Of a stretch of DNA of 64,000 nucleotides, positions 1 to 10,282 are shown in pieces; position 1 is the first letter of the stretch; each line of letters starts with the position of its first letter. The position numbers were made by a program, and so were the translations under genes. The notes beneath the pieces are model-generated. The model worked only from the letters and a program-made list of their open reading frames with translations, was not told where the DNA came from and did no database searches. The DNA is taken from positions 1 through 64,000 of the forward strand of contig JAIVFI010000026.1 of assembly GCA_025558095.1 (NCBI GenBank). The letters run 5' to 3'. Origin of the DNA: Hyaloraphidium curvatum SAG 235-1 (lineage: Eukaryota; Fungi; Monoblepharomycota).

Positions 1-171
1 CCGATCGTCGCGCTGACGGCCAGCGCGGTGGTGGGCGAGAGGGAGCGGTGCATGGAGGCGGGGATGACGGATTATTTGCCCAAGCCGGTGGAGGCGGACA
101 GGCTGCGGGAGGTGGTCGCGGGGTGCTTGGCCGCGATGGGGATCGATGATGGGGCGGGATCTTCCGGATAG
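1..171 (+). CDS. 3' end of a hybrid histidine kinase/response-regulator receiver domain (partial)
   Basis: Frame 1 reads [30 protein letters not shown]...*, the typical REC C-terminus (LTA, C..AGM.DY..KP). Confidence 0.9.
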   Translation, partial: PIVALTASAVVGERERCMEAGMTDYLPKPVEADRLREVVAGCLAAMGIDDGAGSSG

Positions 172-610
172 TTCAGCAGAGATTTCTGTGGAGGACCTGC
201 TCGCTCCCAGTGCCGTCCTGCCGCAGCCAGCCAGCCAGCCACCGAGTCAACGGCATCCCCTCCCCACCGCCCCCGGGACCACCAATCCGCCCGGACACCA
301 CTGCAGCGCTTCCGAACGAGGCCAATCCACCATTCCCGAAACGGGACAAGCACAGATCGGTGTCTTCGGCGCTTGACTGACTGACTTCGTGCGGGCACCA
401 GCCCAGCCTTCCCGTGCTTCCGCGCAAGGAGGCCCGACACCGCCCGCGTCGCTCATCCGGATTGCATTCCCGCGGCCTCCCATCGCCGCAATCGGCCTCC
501 GCCGCCCGCTGCCGCCCCTCTGCCGGCGGACCCGCGCGGAAGAGGTTGGTCGGGACGCGCCTGGCTTTGCGTCCTGCGGCACGCACCGCCGCACCGCACG
601 CACTTCGGGC

Positions 611-1724
611 ATGCGGGGACGGAGGCGCGCCCGGGGCCGGCGGCGCGGGGATGCGCGTGCGCCGGCGGATCGCGCGGGCGATGCGGCGCGGGAAGGGCGC
701 GGGAGGGCGGCGCCGGGGGCACGCGACGCGGGCGCGGGCGGGCGCTCTCGGGGCGTCTGCGGAGGGCTGCACCGGACCACGGCGCTGCTCCTGCTCCTCC
801 TATTGCTTGGGCAACTATTGGGAACCGCGATGGCCGCGGCGGGGCCCGCGGTGGCCGGGGAGGGCGCCGTCAGTGTGCCCGACACCTCGGACGCCGTGCT
901 CCCCCCGGACGCACACCGCCTGGAGCGACGGCAGGCGGTCAAGACCATCACCCGCTTCAAGACCGTCAAGGTCACGCGGACCTCGTGGCGAACAGCGTGG
1001 ACCACTAAGCGCACGACTCGCACAGCGACCACGTTTGTGACGCGCTATCTGACCCGGAAGACCTCGACGAAATGGCTCACAAAGACGGCCTGGAAGACGC
1101 TGCCAACCACCACAACGTCGACCTCGGTCTCGCTGGTCTTCACAACCCAGACGCTGTCGACCACCCAGACGCTAACGGCGACGACCACCACGACCCTCGT
1201 TGCGCTGGCGGCCAACATCGGCGGGCCGTGGGCGCCCGTATGCTCCTCCTTCCAGGCCAACGGGCGCTCCTGCATCGGTGGGCCGCACCGCCGTGCCTCG
1301 CGGCCTCCGGCTCGCTGACGCCTCCCCCGACGTCGCAGACCTCGTCCCCTGCCTCGCCGCCTCCTCCGCGGCCTCCATCTCCCTTCCTCCCCTCACGCTC
1401 GACCTCTCCTCCTCCTCCGTCTCGCTGCTGCAGATCAACCTCCTCCCCCGCACCGCCCGCCCCGCCCAGATTATCATCGACTCGCTCCTCTCCCGCACCT
1501 CGGGCACCGCCCTGCTCTATTCCGACTTTGACGGCAACGCCCGATGGAGCCTCCCGCTGGAGGGCGGCATCCCCACGGCATGGGGCCGCAACGCGACGGC
1601 GAGCTTCGGGAGGTTCCTGGGGCTGACGATGGCGGCGCCCGGGGCGCCGAAGCGGGCGGGGTGGATCGTGGAGCACCAGGGCGGGGCGCTGGTGTGGCAG
1701 AGCATCATCGTGTGCGTCGCCTGA
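611..1724 (+). CDS. Putative secreted/surface protein with Thr/Lys/Arg-rich linker, one intron (~1278-1338)
   Basis: Hydrophobic LLLLLLLGQLLGTAMA segment, T-rich tract, GT...ctgac...CAG intron joining SCI to DLVPCL; start uncertain. Confidence 0.6.
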
Positions 1725-1983
1725 CCCGACGGGAGGAGGGTGGATGGCGGGAAGCTTGGATCTGGACTTCTGGCATCCGTGGGCTGGCCACGGCTACACC
1801 ATGCATTGCTACGTCGCGGGCGGCGGCCCGCACGACCTGGGCGGCATCTGACCTACATCATCTCATTCTGGCCATGGCATATCCCATACTAAACGTCATC
1901 CTCGCGAAGCACGCTCGGACCGACCGGACGGACCCGGGCCACGCATCATTTGCAGCAGGCTCTATTCTCCACCTCCCCCCGTC

Positions 1984-2071
1984 CGGCCGCGGGGCACGCA
2001 CCGTCCGCCGCCCGCCCCCGGGCGTGATGCGCCCGGTTTCCGGCGGGGGCATCATCGCGGCCCCGCGGCCG
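1984..2071 (-). promoter_or_regulatory. SECIS element (type II) in the 3' UTR of the 2922-2112 gene
   Basis: Minus strand: helix I cggccgcgggg/ccccgcggccg; AUGA (2055-2052) ... GA (2005-2004) core; helix II gcccccgcc/ggcggg(c)ggc; unpaired AAA (2039-2037) 12 nt after AUGA; apical mini-helix ccgggcg/cgcccgg. Confidence 0.85.
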
Positions 2072-2111
2072 TCCGTCGCAAGGGGAGTGGAGCGCACCGC
2101 CGCCCGGCGAG

Positions 2112-2922
2112 CTAGCACGCCTTGGCGAGCCGCCGCATGAGGGGCATGAAGACGCCGTCGAGCGGGGCGTGGTCGCCAAAGACGGATTCGCTGCGTCCGG
2201 TGTGTCAAAAATCCACCTCCCGTGGCTCCGTCGTGCGCGATACCCACAGGTGCCCGTACTCCAGCTTCCCATCCTTCGAAACGACCATCGCCCCGCCCGC
2301 GATCATCTCCCCCGACTCGGGCTCCCCGCCGTGCTCCGCGACCGCGTAGCGCTGGTGCGCCGACGCGAGAACGTCGCAGTCCGGGGCCGGGATGCCGGTG
2401 GCGGGTGATCCGCCGGCCAAGGCCGCGAAGAAGGCTGTAACGGGCCTAATGAGCGCGGATAGGGGGTTGCGAGGAGAAAAACGTACCGAGTTCCCGGTCG
2501 ACGAGGACGTCGCCCTTCCAGACGTCCGCAGCCAGCTCGGCGGCGCCCTCGTGGCCGCGGACCATGAGTACCAGACGAAACCCGAGCGCTTCGATCTCCT
2601 CGCGGCGTGCGGCCTGCCCAAGGAGGACGGGTCAGCGACAGCACCTTGCCGCGACGAGCCGACGGAACCCACCCAGAGCCCCGCCTCCTCCCTGCACAGC
2701 GCCTTCCTGCTCCTCCCGTCAGCCCCACTCTCTCCAAAGCACGCGGGCTCCCCACCTCGCGTCCCGCAGCACGAGCACCGCCGCGCCCCTGCCTCCCCGC
2801 CACAGCTCCCCCGCAGACACCTCTGCCCCGCCCGCCGCGGGGGCCAGCGCCGCGTCGCCGCGGGGAGCGACGCCGGAGGAGGCCACGGGCGGGCGGAGGA
2901 GGTGCGTCGGGACTCAGACCAT
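2112..2922 (-). CDS. Peroxiredoxin-like 2 / SelenoU-like (AhpC-TSA_2) protein, candidate selenoprotein with UGA at codon 3; 197 aa, 5 exons
   Basis: Exons 2922-2756, 2706-2673, 2613-2487, 2434-2248, 2190-2112 (all GT-AG) give MV*VPTHLL...ELWRGGRGAAVLVLRDARKALCREEA...WKGDVLVD...GEMIAGGAMVV...HLESVFGDHA; family motifs ELW, LCREEA, GG..VV, E..FGDH; SECIS downstream. Confidence 0.8.
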
Positions 2923-3203
2923 CGTTTTTCGGGGTGGGTCGGATGTGGGAGATGCGGGGTGGATTTGTCAGCGATCGTCTGCCAGGGCGGCAGGGCGCGG
3001 CGCGGCTCGGCCGTCAACCAAGGCGCGGAGCTCGGATCGCAGCGAATCCTTCTCGGTGAGATAACGTATGTGCTTCATCAACCTCTTCCTTAATGGATCC
3101 GGGCCTGGTTTGGGCTCTGGGTGCCGCCACCGCCGCGGCGCAACCCCGAAACTGCCGACGTCTCCCACACCGCACTTCACTCCCGCCCCCGCAGCCCGCC
3201 GAC

Positions 3204-3609
3204 ATGCCCATCCTCACCATCGCCACCCTCACCGCAAAGCCCGAGCGCCTTGCAGAGGTGCTGCCCATCATGAACGACCTCGTCGTCGAGACGAACAAGG
3301 TCCGTCTCCTCGTTCGGCCCACCGCCGACGCTTCACCGCCACCCCTGGGGGCAGGAACCCGGCTGCATCGAGTACGAATACTACTTAAATCCTAAAAAAC
3401 CGGGAGAAATCGTATTCATCGAGCAGTGGCAGGACGAGGCCGCGGTGGAGTTCCACCGGGCCTCGCCGCACATGCAGGCCGTAAACGCCAAGCTAAAGGG
3501 CAAAATGGTGGGCCGACGCCGGTGAGGGGCCTGGGAACCGTTCTTGCTGATGCAGAGGCAGGCCAAGGCGGTGGTCGGAAGGAGGATGGTTATCCCCAGC
3601 AAGCTTTGA
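3204..3609 (+). CDS. Antibiotic biosynthesis monooxygenase (ABM)/quinol monooxygenase-like protein, 2 introns, C-terminal SKL
   Basis: MPILTIATLTAKPE...EPGCIEYEYY...FIEQWQDEAAVEFHRASPHM; spliced end ...VIPSKL*. Confidence 0.85.
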
Positions 3610-3809
3610 TTGAGGCAGGGGCACTGGAGGAGGCGTGGGGAGTGCGGGGCGCCGACGGAGGGCCCAATCATGTTCGATCATGTAGTCGCCCCAATCAGGA
3701 GCAACTTCTCTGCGATCCTTGCTGGACACGACGCGTTTGAATGGCCGGGGGAGGGCGCCACCGGCAGCCAGCGGCCCGAGGCTTGTAAACAAGTCAACAC
3801 TGTCCTAAA

Positions 3810-5057
3810 ATGGATCCCCAGAACGGCCCCGAGGGGCCCGAGGTGGCCGACGACCCGCTTTTGGAGGACAATTGGAGGCCGGGCCCTCGCTACGCGGCCG
3901 ATGCGAGGCGCCACTGCGTGTTCTGCGGCGGCAGCCCGCCCGAACCCTCCGCCGCCTCCGCGCCCTCGCTCGCCAGCGCCTACGACCCTCCGCCCGCCCC
4001 TTTCCCGCCTCCCTCCCTCCCAGAAAATTACGCTTACTCGGATGACGTCACCCTGATCGTCGTCACCTCCGCCGTCCGCTCGCACCCGTCGACGTCCCTG
4101 CTGGACGCCGTGCTGCACTCGGCCTGCCGTGCCGAACCCACCCTCGCGCGCTGCCGCAAGATCATCGTCGCCGATCACCCGCGAACGATACTGGAGGACG
4201 ACCGGACGTGCGAATGGAAGTCGGGCCGGTTCACGCGCACCGCGGCGGACCGCTACAGCGATTACCTGGACCGCGTGCAGGTGCTATGTGACGCGGGGGA
4301 ACACCCGTACCACCGCGCCGAGCTCCTCCGGCTCCCCTCCTTCCGCGGCTTTGCTCTGGCCCTCAAGGCCGGCCTCCTGGCGTGCCGCACGCCCACCGTC
4401 GCGGTGTTCCAGCACGACAGGCTGCTGCTCCGCCCGTGCAACATGGACGGCATCCTGCGCCTCCTCCGAGCCGGAGAGGGGACGGTCAACTACGTCGGGC
4501 TGGCGAGCAACTCGACGATGGACGCGCTGGACGAGAAGCTGCAGATGTCGCGGTACGGCCTCAAGGTCTCGGTGCACGGGCGCGGCGAGTTTTCGTTCGA
4601 GGGCGCACGGTACGTGCCGCTGGGGTTCTGGTACGATTCCGTGCACGCGGCGTCGGTGTCGTACTACCTCGGCACCGTGTTCCGCCCGCGGTACGAGGGC
4701 CGCGCGGCCGTGCTGCGGTTCCGGCTGGGGGATTTCGTGGAGGACAAGTTCGGGCAGATGCTCCGCGCGGACGTCAAGGCCAACGGGTGGGCCGCCGCGG
4801 CAAAGTACGGATGCTTCATGGCGGTGCCCGCCGACGCCCGCGAGGCGGTCGTGCAGCACGTGAACGGGAGGGATCTGGGGTCGACGAGGGCGAGGCGGTT
4901 GGGGCATTTCGTCGACGGGTTGGGGTGGGGGGAGGAGATCGGGGAAGGTGAGGGGGGAGGCGAGGGGGCTGCCGTGGGTGCAGACGGCGAGGCGAAAGCC
5001 ACGGCGGACGCGGACCGCGATGCACAGCACGTGGACACTGAAGGCCACGGCGGATAG
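3810..5057 (+). CDS. Hypothetical protein, possible GT-A fold glycosyltransferase-like
   Basis: Intronless 415 aa with coding-like composition; VTLIVVTS..HPS, IIVAD, GFALAL, VFQHD motifs resemble nucleotide-sugar transferases. Confidence 0.55.
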   Translation: MDPQNGPEGPEVADDPLLEDNWRPGPRYAADARRHCVFCGGSPPEPSAASAPSLASAYDPPPAPFPPPSLPENYAYSDDVTLIVVTSAVRSHPSTSLLDAVLHSACRAEPTLARCRKIIVADHPRTILEDDRTCEWKSGRFTRTAADRYSDYLDRVQVLCDAGEHPYHRAELLRLPSFRGFALALKAGLLACRTPTVAVFQHDRLLLRPCNMDGILRLLRAGEGTVNYVGLASNSTMDALDEKLQMSRYGLKVSVHGRGEFSFEGARYVPLGFWYDSVHAASVSYYLGTVFRPRYEGRAAVLRFRLGDFVEDKFGQMLRADVKANGWAAAAKYGCFMAVPADAREAVVQHVNGRDLGSTRARRLGHFVDGLGWGEEIGEGEGGGEGAAVGADGEAKATADADRDAQHVDTEGHGG

Positions 5058-5170
5058 ATCTTCTGCCCAGCGCAACCACAGTCTCGATTACGGCGGCCCG
5101 TTCCGGCTTCCGTTGCCGCACCCCTTTGTCCTGCCGCGCCGCTCCTCCACCGCGGCGAGCCCCCGCCCCC

Positions 5171-6806
5171 TCAGACGGCCGGGCAGAAGGTCTGGAACGT
5201 GATGTACACACCGAGGGTCCGCAGCACCGTCCACGCGCCGATCGCGAGCGTCACGGCCGTCGCGACGTAGGTTCGGAGCAGCCCGTACGAGATCGGGAAC
5301 CCGAAAAACAGGGCACGGAGGTCGTCCGTCTCGAGGAAGGTCCCCAGCACGCGGTCGTGCACCTCCAGCCCGCGGACCAACCCCTGCTCCGCGCCCGCGG
5401 CAACGGCGTCCGAGACAAGCACCCCGATCTCGCGCCGCGCGGCTCGGTACACGGCCGAGATGGCGCCGAGCTCCTCGTTCAGCGCGGCAAAGCCCGAAAG
5501 AGTGTTGGTTTCCCAGACGAGGACAAAGGCGCCGGCGGCGAGCTGCCACGCCGAGATGCACCCGCCTGCCGCCTGCGCGGACGAGGAAGGAAGTGAGCGT
5601 TGGAGGGGGGACCGGGATGCGACGGCGGTTCCACGCACCACTGTCACGACCAGAGCGAGGAGCAGGCCCACGGGGACGGTGGCGTTGAAAGAGTGGTGTG
5701 CGACCTGGAAGCCGAGCGAGTTCCGCGACAGCCAGAGGGCGGCAAGGCGGTAGTGCAGCCGGATGTACAGGTGCTGTTCTCCTGGACCTGCGGAGGAGAC
5801 GCTTGTACCGTCGCCAGCCAGGGCCGCGCGGTAGCCCTCCAGCAGGCTCGCGAGCGCAAGCGACGTCGCCCGCCGCTGGAGCCTCATCTCAAGATCCGCG
5901 ACTGCGAAATTGGGCTGCCTGAAGAGGACCAAAGCCAGTGACAGGTACGAGGCGAGCAGTGGGGCTGGCAACGCGCGGCCTGAGTTCGGCAGCAGCATGG
6001 CCTTCGGCAAACTGCTCACCCCAGAGAACGACCACCAGGATGCCCCACCAGCCTGCCAAGAGCCGGGAGCCGAACGTAAACAGAGGCGTCGCGGCGAGCA
6101 GAATGTGGAACGCCCAGTAGCTGGCGATGTTGGTGCCGACGGCGAGGAGGGCGTGGAAGGCGGCCCAGCGCGGGGCATTTCCAGCGCAGGAAGTCCGCGG
6201 GCACGGGCACAGGCGGTCGCCGTCCTTGTGGCAGACCAGTTGCGAGGGGCCGTCCCGGACCAGCTGCTCCCAGCGCACCAGCGGCGTGAGGCCAAACGAA
6301 TCCGGGCTATTAGTGTCCCCGGGATTACCGAGGCGGATGAAGTACAGCAGGTAGTAGGCGATGATGCTTAGGAATAAGAGGGCCGCGGCGGCGAGCCCCG
6401 CCGCGAGCTGCGGGGTGGCAAACCGGCCGTCGTTGAGGGCGAACGATGTCGCAGCGAGCCCGAGCGCCGCCGCAAACGTGCAAACATGGTCGGGAAAATG
6501 GAGCCACGAAGGGGCCGTGAGCCCGAGCCCGGCGGCCACCACTAGCTGTGCGAGCTGGTGGCCGGCGAACGCGGCGACCGTCGCGGCGGTGTCGACCGGC
6601 TCGGCAGCGCGCAGGGCAGCCGCGGGATCGTCCACCAGCCACGGCTTGGCGCCGACCGCGTCCTCCGAGAGCACATCGAGCGGCGGGAGCGCCGGCGGGC
6701 AGAGGGCCAGCCACTCGCGCGGCCGGAAGTCGGCGCGCTCCGCCGGCGCGTCGCCCAGGCCGATCCCGTCGCCGGGCAGCAGTGAAATCTGGCTCATTTC
6801 GGCCAT
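5171..6806 (-). CDS. Multi-pass membrane protein of unknown function, one intron (~5966-6019)
   Basis: Several TM segments, Cys-rich loop (CHKDGDRLCPCPRTSC); two ORF frames joined by a GTGAG...CAG intron. Confidence 0.65.
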
Positions 6807-7212
6807 TCCGCTCGGGGAGGCGCGGGAGTCACGGTTGCGTTGGTGGGCCGTCAGCCAGCCGTAGCGGTTCTCGGCGGAACATTCGTCTTCGCCAGGGGAG
6901 GTACACGATTATCAGCGAGCACGTGCTAAGCGACACCGGAAGAGATTCTCGCGGCTCATCTCGGTCTCACATACCCCGATGACTGCGACATCCGACCTGA
7001 TCACAGGCGTCAGGTGGAAGATGGACAACCACCCCGCCGCCAGTCCTACAGTAAGCTCCATGGTGATGCCGCCAAGTATGGGAAGATCTGCAGCTCGATT
7101 CCAAACCGGTTGAAGTGGCCGATCGGTCTCCGCCCATCCTTTCGCCACGATGTGGCGGCCGGCCCGCCTCCGCGCTCCCTCGCCGCTGTCTCCCGCCAAC
7201 CAAACACGCGCG

Positions 7213-8778
7213 ATGTCCACCGCCTCCGCCATCCCCGAGCTCACCCCGGCCCAGGAGGTCGAGGTCCTCTCGGCCCCGTTCGTCCTGCCCTCGGGGATCA
7301 ACGTGCCCAACCGCATCTGGAAGGCCGCCTGCGTGGGTCACATCCCCTTTCCGCGCAGCCCATCGCGCTCATCTTTTGGCGGCGAGCAGACCGAGGGCCT
7401 CGCCGACCCGCTCACGAACCTGCCCAACGCGGAGCACTTCGAGCTGTACCGCGCGTGGGCGGCCGGCGGGTCGGGCGCGATACTGACCGGCAACGTGCTG
7501 GTGGACCGCGAAAGGCTCGAGGGCCCGCGCAACGTGGTGCTGGACAGGGAGACGGGGGAGAACAAGGAGGCGATGAAGCTGTTTGAGGAGTACGCGAGGG
7601 CGTGCAAGGGCGTGGACGGGAGCGTGCCGGTGTTCATGGTGGGCGGAAGCGTCGTCCTGCCGGGCCCGGAGAGCTGACCGAGCGCCATGGTGGGGACAGC
7701 AAATCAACCACCCCGGACGGCAGGGCCCCCGCACGTCGTGCCCCGACCCCGTCGCCCCCTCCGCGGTCCCGATCCGCGCCAACAAGACCGACACCGCCCA
7801 CCTCTACAACGTCCCCCGCGCGCTCACCCTGGAGGAGATCGCCGACCTCAAGCAGCGCTTCGTCACCACCGCCGTGCTCGCGCAAAAGGCCGGCTTCGAC
7901 GGCGTGCAGGTCCATTCGGCGCACGGCTACCTCCTCGCCTCCTTCCTCACCCCCCTCGCCAACGTCCGCACGGACGCGTACGGCGGGTCGGCGGAGAACA
8001 GGCGCAGGCTGCTGTGCGAGATCGTGGCGGGGTGCATCGAGGCCACCCGCGGCGGGAAGCCGTTCGGGGTCGGGGTCAAGCTGAACACGAGCGACCTCTC
8101 GCTGGAAGGCGGGCTGGACGAGGAGGAGGCGCTCGGGGTGGTCGAGGCGCTGGCGGAGCTGGGGGCTGATTTCATCGAGGTGTCCGGGGGGAGCTACGAG
8201 GACGGGGTGATGCTCGCCGGGCCGCCCAACTACGCCAAGGAGAGCACCAAGCGGCGGGAGGCCTTCTTCCTGCACTTCTCCGTGCGCGCGCGGCAGAAGA
8301 TCAAGGACGTGGCGCAGAGGACGGGCAAGGCGCCGACGCCGATGCTGGTCACGGGCGGGTTCAAGACGCGCAGGGGGATGGCGATCGCCGTGGCCACGGG
8401 CGACTGCGAGTTCGTCGGGCTGGGGCGGAGCATCTGCGTCGAGCCGGACCTGCCGGCGCGGATGCTGCGGCTCGAGGCAGACTCGGCGGTGGACCAGTGG
8501 AACGTGTCGTGGGGGCTGGGCGACAGGTTCTTCCCGATCGGGCGGGCGTGGACCTGGTGCGTGGGCGGTCGGGGGCTGGGTGCCACCTGCTCGCTCCTAA
8601 TGCCGCCGCTCCGCGTCGCAGGTTCCAGATCCAGCTGCACTACATCGCGCAGAAGCGCTACGAGCTGCTCAACAAGCCCGTGGGGCTGTTCCCCTGGGGC
8701 CTGGGCATCATGATGCGCGACATCTACACCGACCCCAAGAAGTGGTGGATCGCGCGCAAGCTGTACTATTGGGTCTAG
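7213..8778 (+). CDS. NADH:flavin oxidoreductase (Old Yellow Enzyme family), 3 introns
   Basis: NRIWKAA, QINHPGRQ, AGFDGVQVHSAHGYLL, RTDAYGGS.ENR, DFIEVSGG motifs. Confidence 0.95.
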
Positions 8779-8943
8779 TCTGCGCGTGGTAGAGCTGATT
8801 CCGATGGAATTGGATCGGATAGATGGGGCTTCGAGGGCGACGGTCTTGACGAGCGCTGCGGCTGCGCCCTGCGGCAGACCCTTCCGGACACCCGCTCCCC
8901 GGCCCCCTGCCACCGCGGGGCTCCCGGCACCTCCATTTCCCGC

Positions 8944-9981
8944 ATGGACACTATGCGGCATTCCGGCCAACGACCGGCGGGGCGGCGATGGGCGATCCTG
9001 TCCGCCGTGCTGCTCGCCGCGGCGTCCCTGCTGCCGCGCGCCGCCGCCCAGCTCTCGCCCAACATCGTCGGCGGCAACGCGGTCTCCTCTCAGACGGACT
9101 TTCCGTTCATGGCGGCGATGCGCGCCAACGGGCGGCAGGTGTGCGGCGGCTCGCTGGTCGCGCCGGGGTTGGTGCTGTCCGCAGCGCACTGCGCCGAGGC
9201 GTTCCCCGACCCCGCGAGCTGGACGGTGTTCACGTACCGCCGCGACCGCACGCTCTCCACGGCGGCAGAGGGCGGCACCGAGTACGCCGTGGCGGCGATC
9301 GAGGTGCACCCGCGGTGGGACTCGGCCGCAATCTCCAACGACGCCGCGCTCTTCTTCCTCACCAACCCGACGGTGCTGGGCATCTACCCCCCGCGATGGA
9401 TCGCCCTCAACCGGGACCCGAACTTCCCCGCCCCGGGGTCGGCCTTGAGGGCCGTCGGGTGGGGCACCCTCTTCTCGCTGGGCCCCAAGCCCGACATCCT
9501 GCAGGAGGTCACGCTGTCCGCCCAGGCCAACGACGCCTGCACCAACCTGCTGGGCACCCGCGTTTCCAACCCCGCCTATTTGTGCGCTGGGGCGCCGGGG
9601 AGGGACACGTGCCAGGGCGACTCCGGGGGCCCGCTGTTGGCCGAGATGCCGGGCGGGCCGGTGCTCGTCGGGTTGACGAGCTACGGGATCGGGTGCGCAA
9701 GCCCGTTCTGGCCCAATGCGGTGTACGCGCGGGTGTCGGCGGTGGTCGAGTGGGTGGACGGCCACATACGGAGGCTGGCTCCCGAGGTGCTCGAGACGAG
9801 CACGTCGACGACGACCACAGCGACCACGGCGACCATGACGTCGGACAAGACGACGCGGAGAAAGACGACGCGGAGAAAGACGACTTCGAAGCGGAGAAAG
9901 ACGACGACGAAGCGGAGGAAGAGGACCACGACCCGGCGGCGGAAGACCACGACGAGGCGCGCCCGGATTGGCCTCCCCTGA
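8944..9981 (+). CDS. Secreted trypsin-like (S1) serine protease with basic Thr/Lys/Arg tail
   Basis: Signal peptide, IVGG N-terminus, SAAHC, NDAALF, DTCQGDSGGP catalytic motifs. Confidence 0.95.
   Translation: MDTMRHSGQRPAGRRWAILSAVLLAAASLLPRAAAQLSPNIVGGNAVSSQTDFPFMAAMRANGRQVCGGSLVAPGLVLSAAHCAEAFPDPASWTVFTYRRDRTLSTAAEGGTEYAVAAIEVHPRWDSAAISNDAALFFLTNPTVLGIYPPRWIALNRDPNFPAPGSALRAVGWGTLFSLGPKPDILQEVTLSAQANDACTNLLGTRVSNPAYLCAGAPGRDTCQGDSGGPLLAEMPGGPVLVGLTSYGIGCASPFWPNAVYARVSAVVEWVDGHIRRLAPEVLETSTSTTTTATTATMTSDKTTRRKTTRRKTTSKRRKTTTKRRKRTTTRRRKTTTRRARIGLP
9848..9960 (+). repeat. Degenerate coding tandem repeat (aagacgacgcggaga-like) encoding KTTRR units
   Basis: About six visible 15-24 nt units. 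Confidence 0.8.
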
Positions 9982-10282
9982 ACAAGCCGGACATGTAGGC
10001 ATCGACAATCCATCGATCCGTGCTCCTCCTCCCTCTGCTGACGCCCCGGCCGAATCCCCTTCGTGCGATCCAGCTCACCGTCCGATCTAAACAATCAGTC
10101 AAACGAGGATCGAACGCACACGCGATGCATGCGACCCGGCATCGCGGTCCCCGAGGGTCCTCAGTATACGATCGGGAGGGTGCCTCGCCTCCGTCCCGCG
10201 TCCCGCCGGTTCGGCCGCCGCCCGCCGCCCCGGGGTGCGAAGGGCTTGCCACGTGGGCCCCACGCCGCTCCTCCGGAACGCG

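Noticed and set aside
2823-2919. Intron starting right after the ATG that would remove the TGA
   Set aside because: No branch site or in-frame YAG acceptor before the family-conserved region; the available CAG is out of frame. RNA-seq should still confirm
9848-9960. CRISPR-like array
   Set aside because: Coding low-complexity repeat without spacers, in a eukaryotic gene
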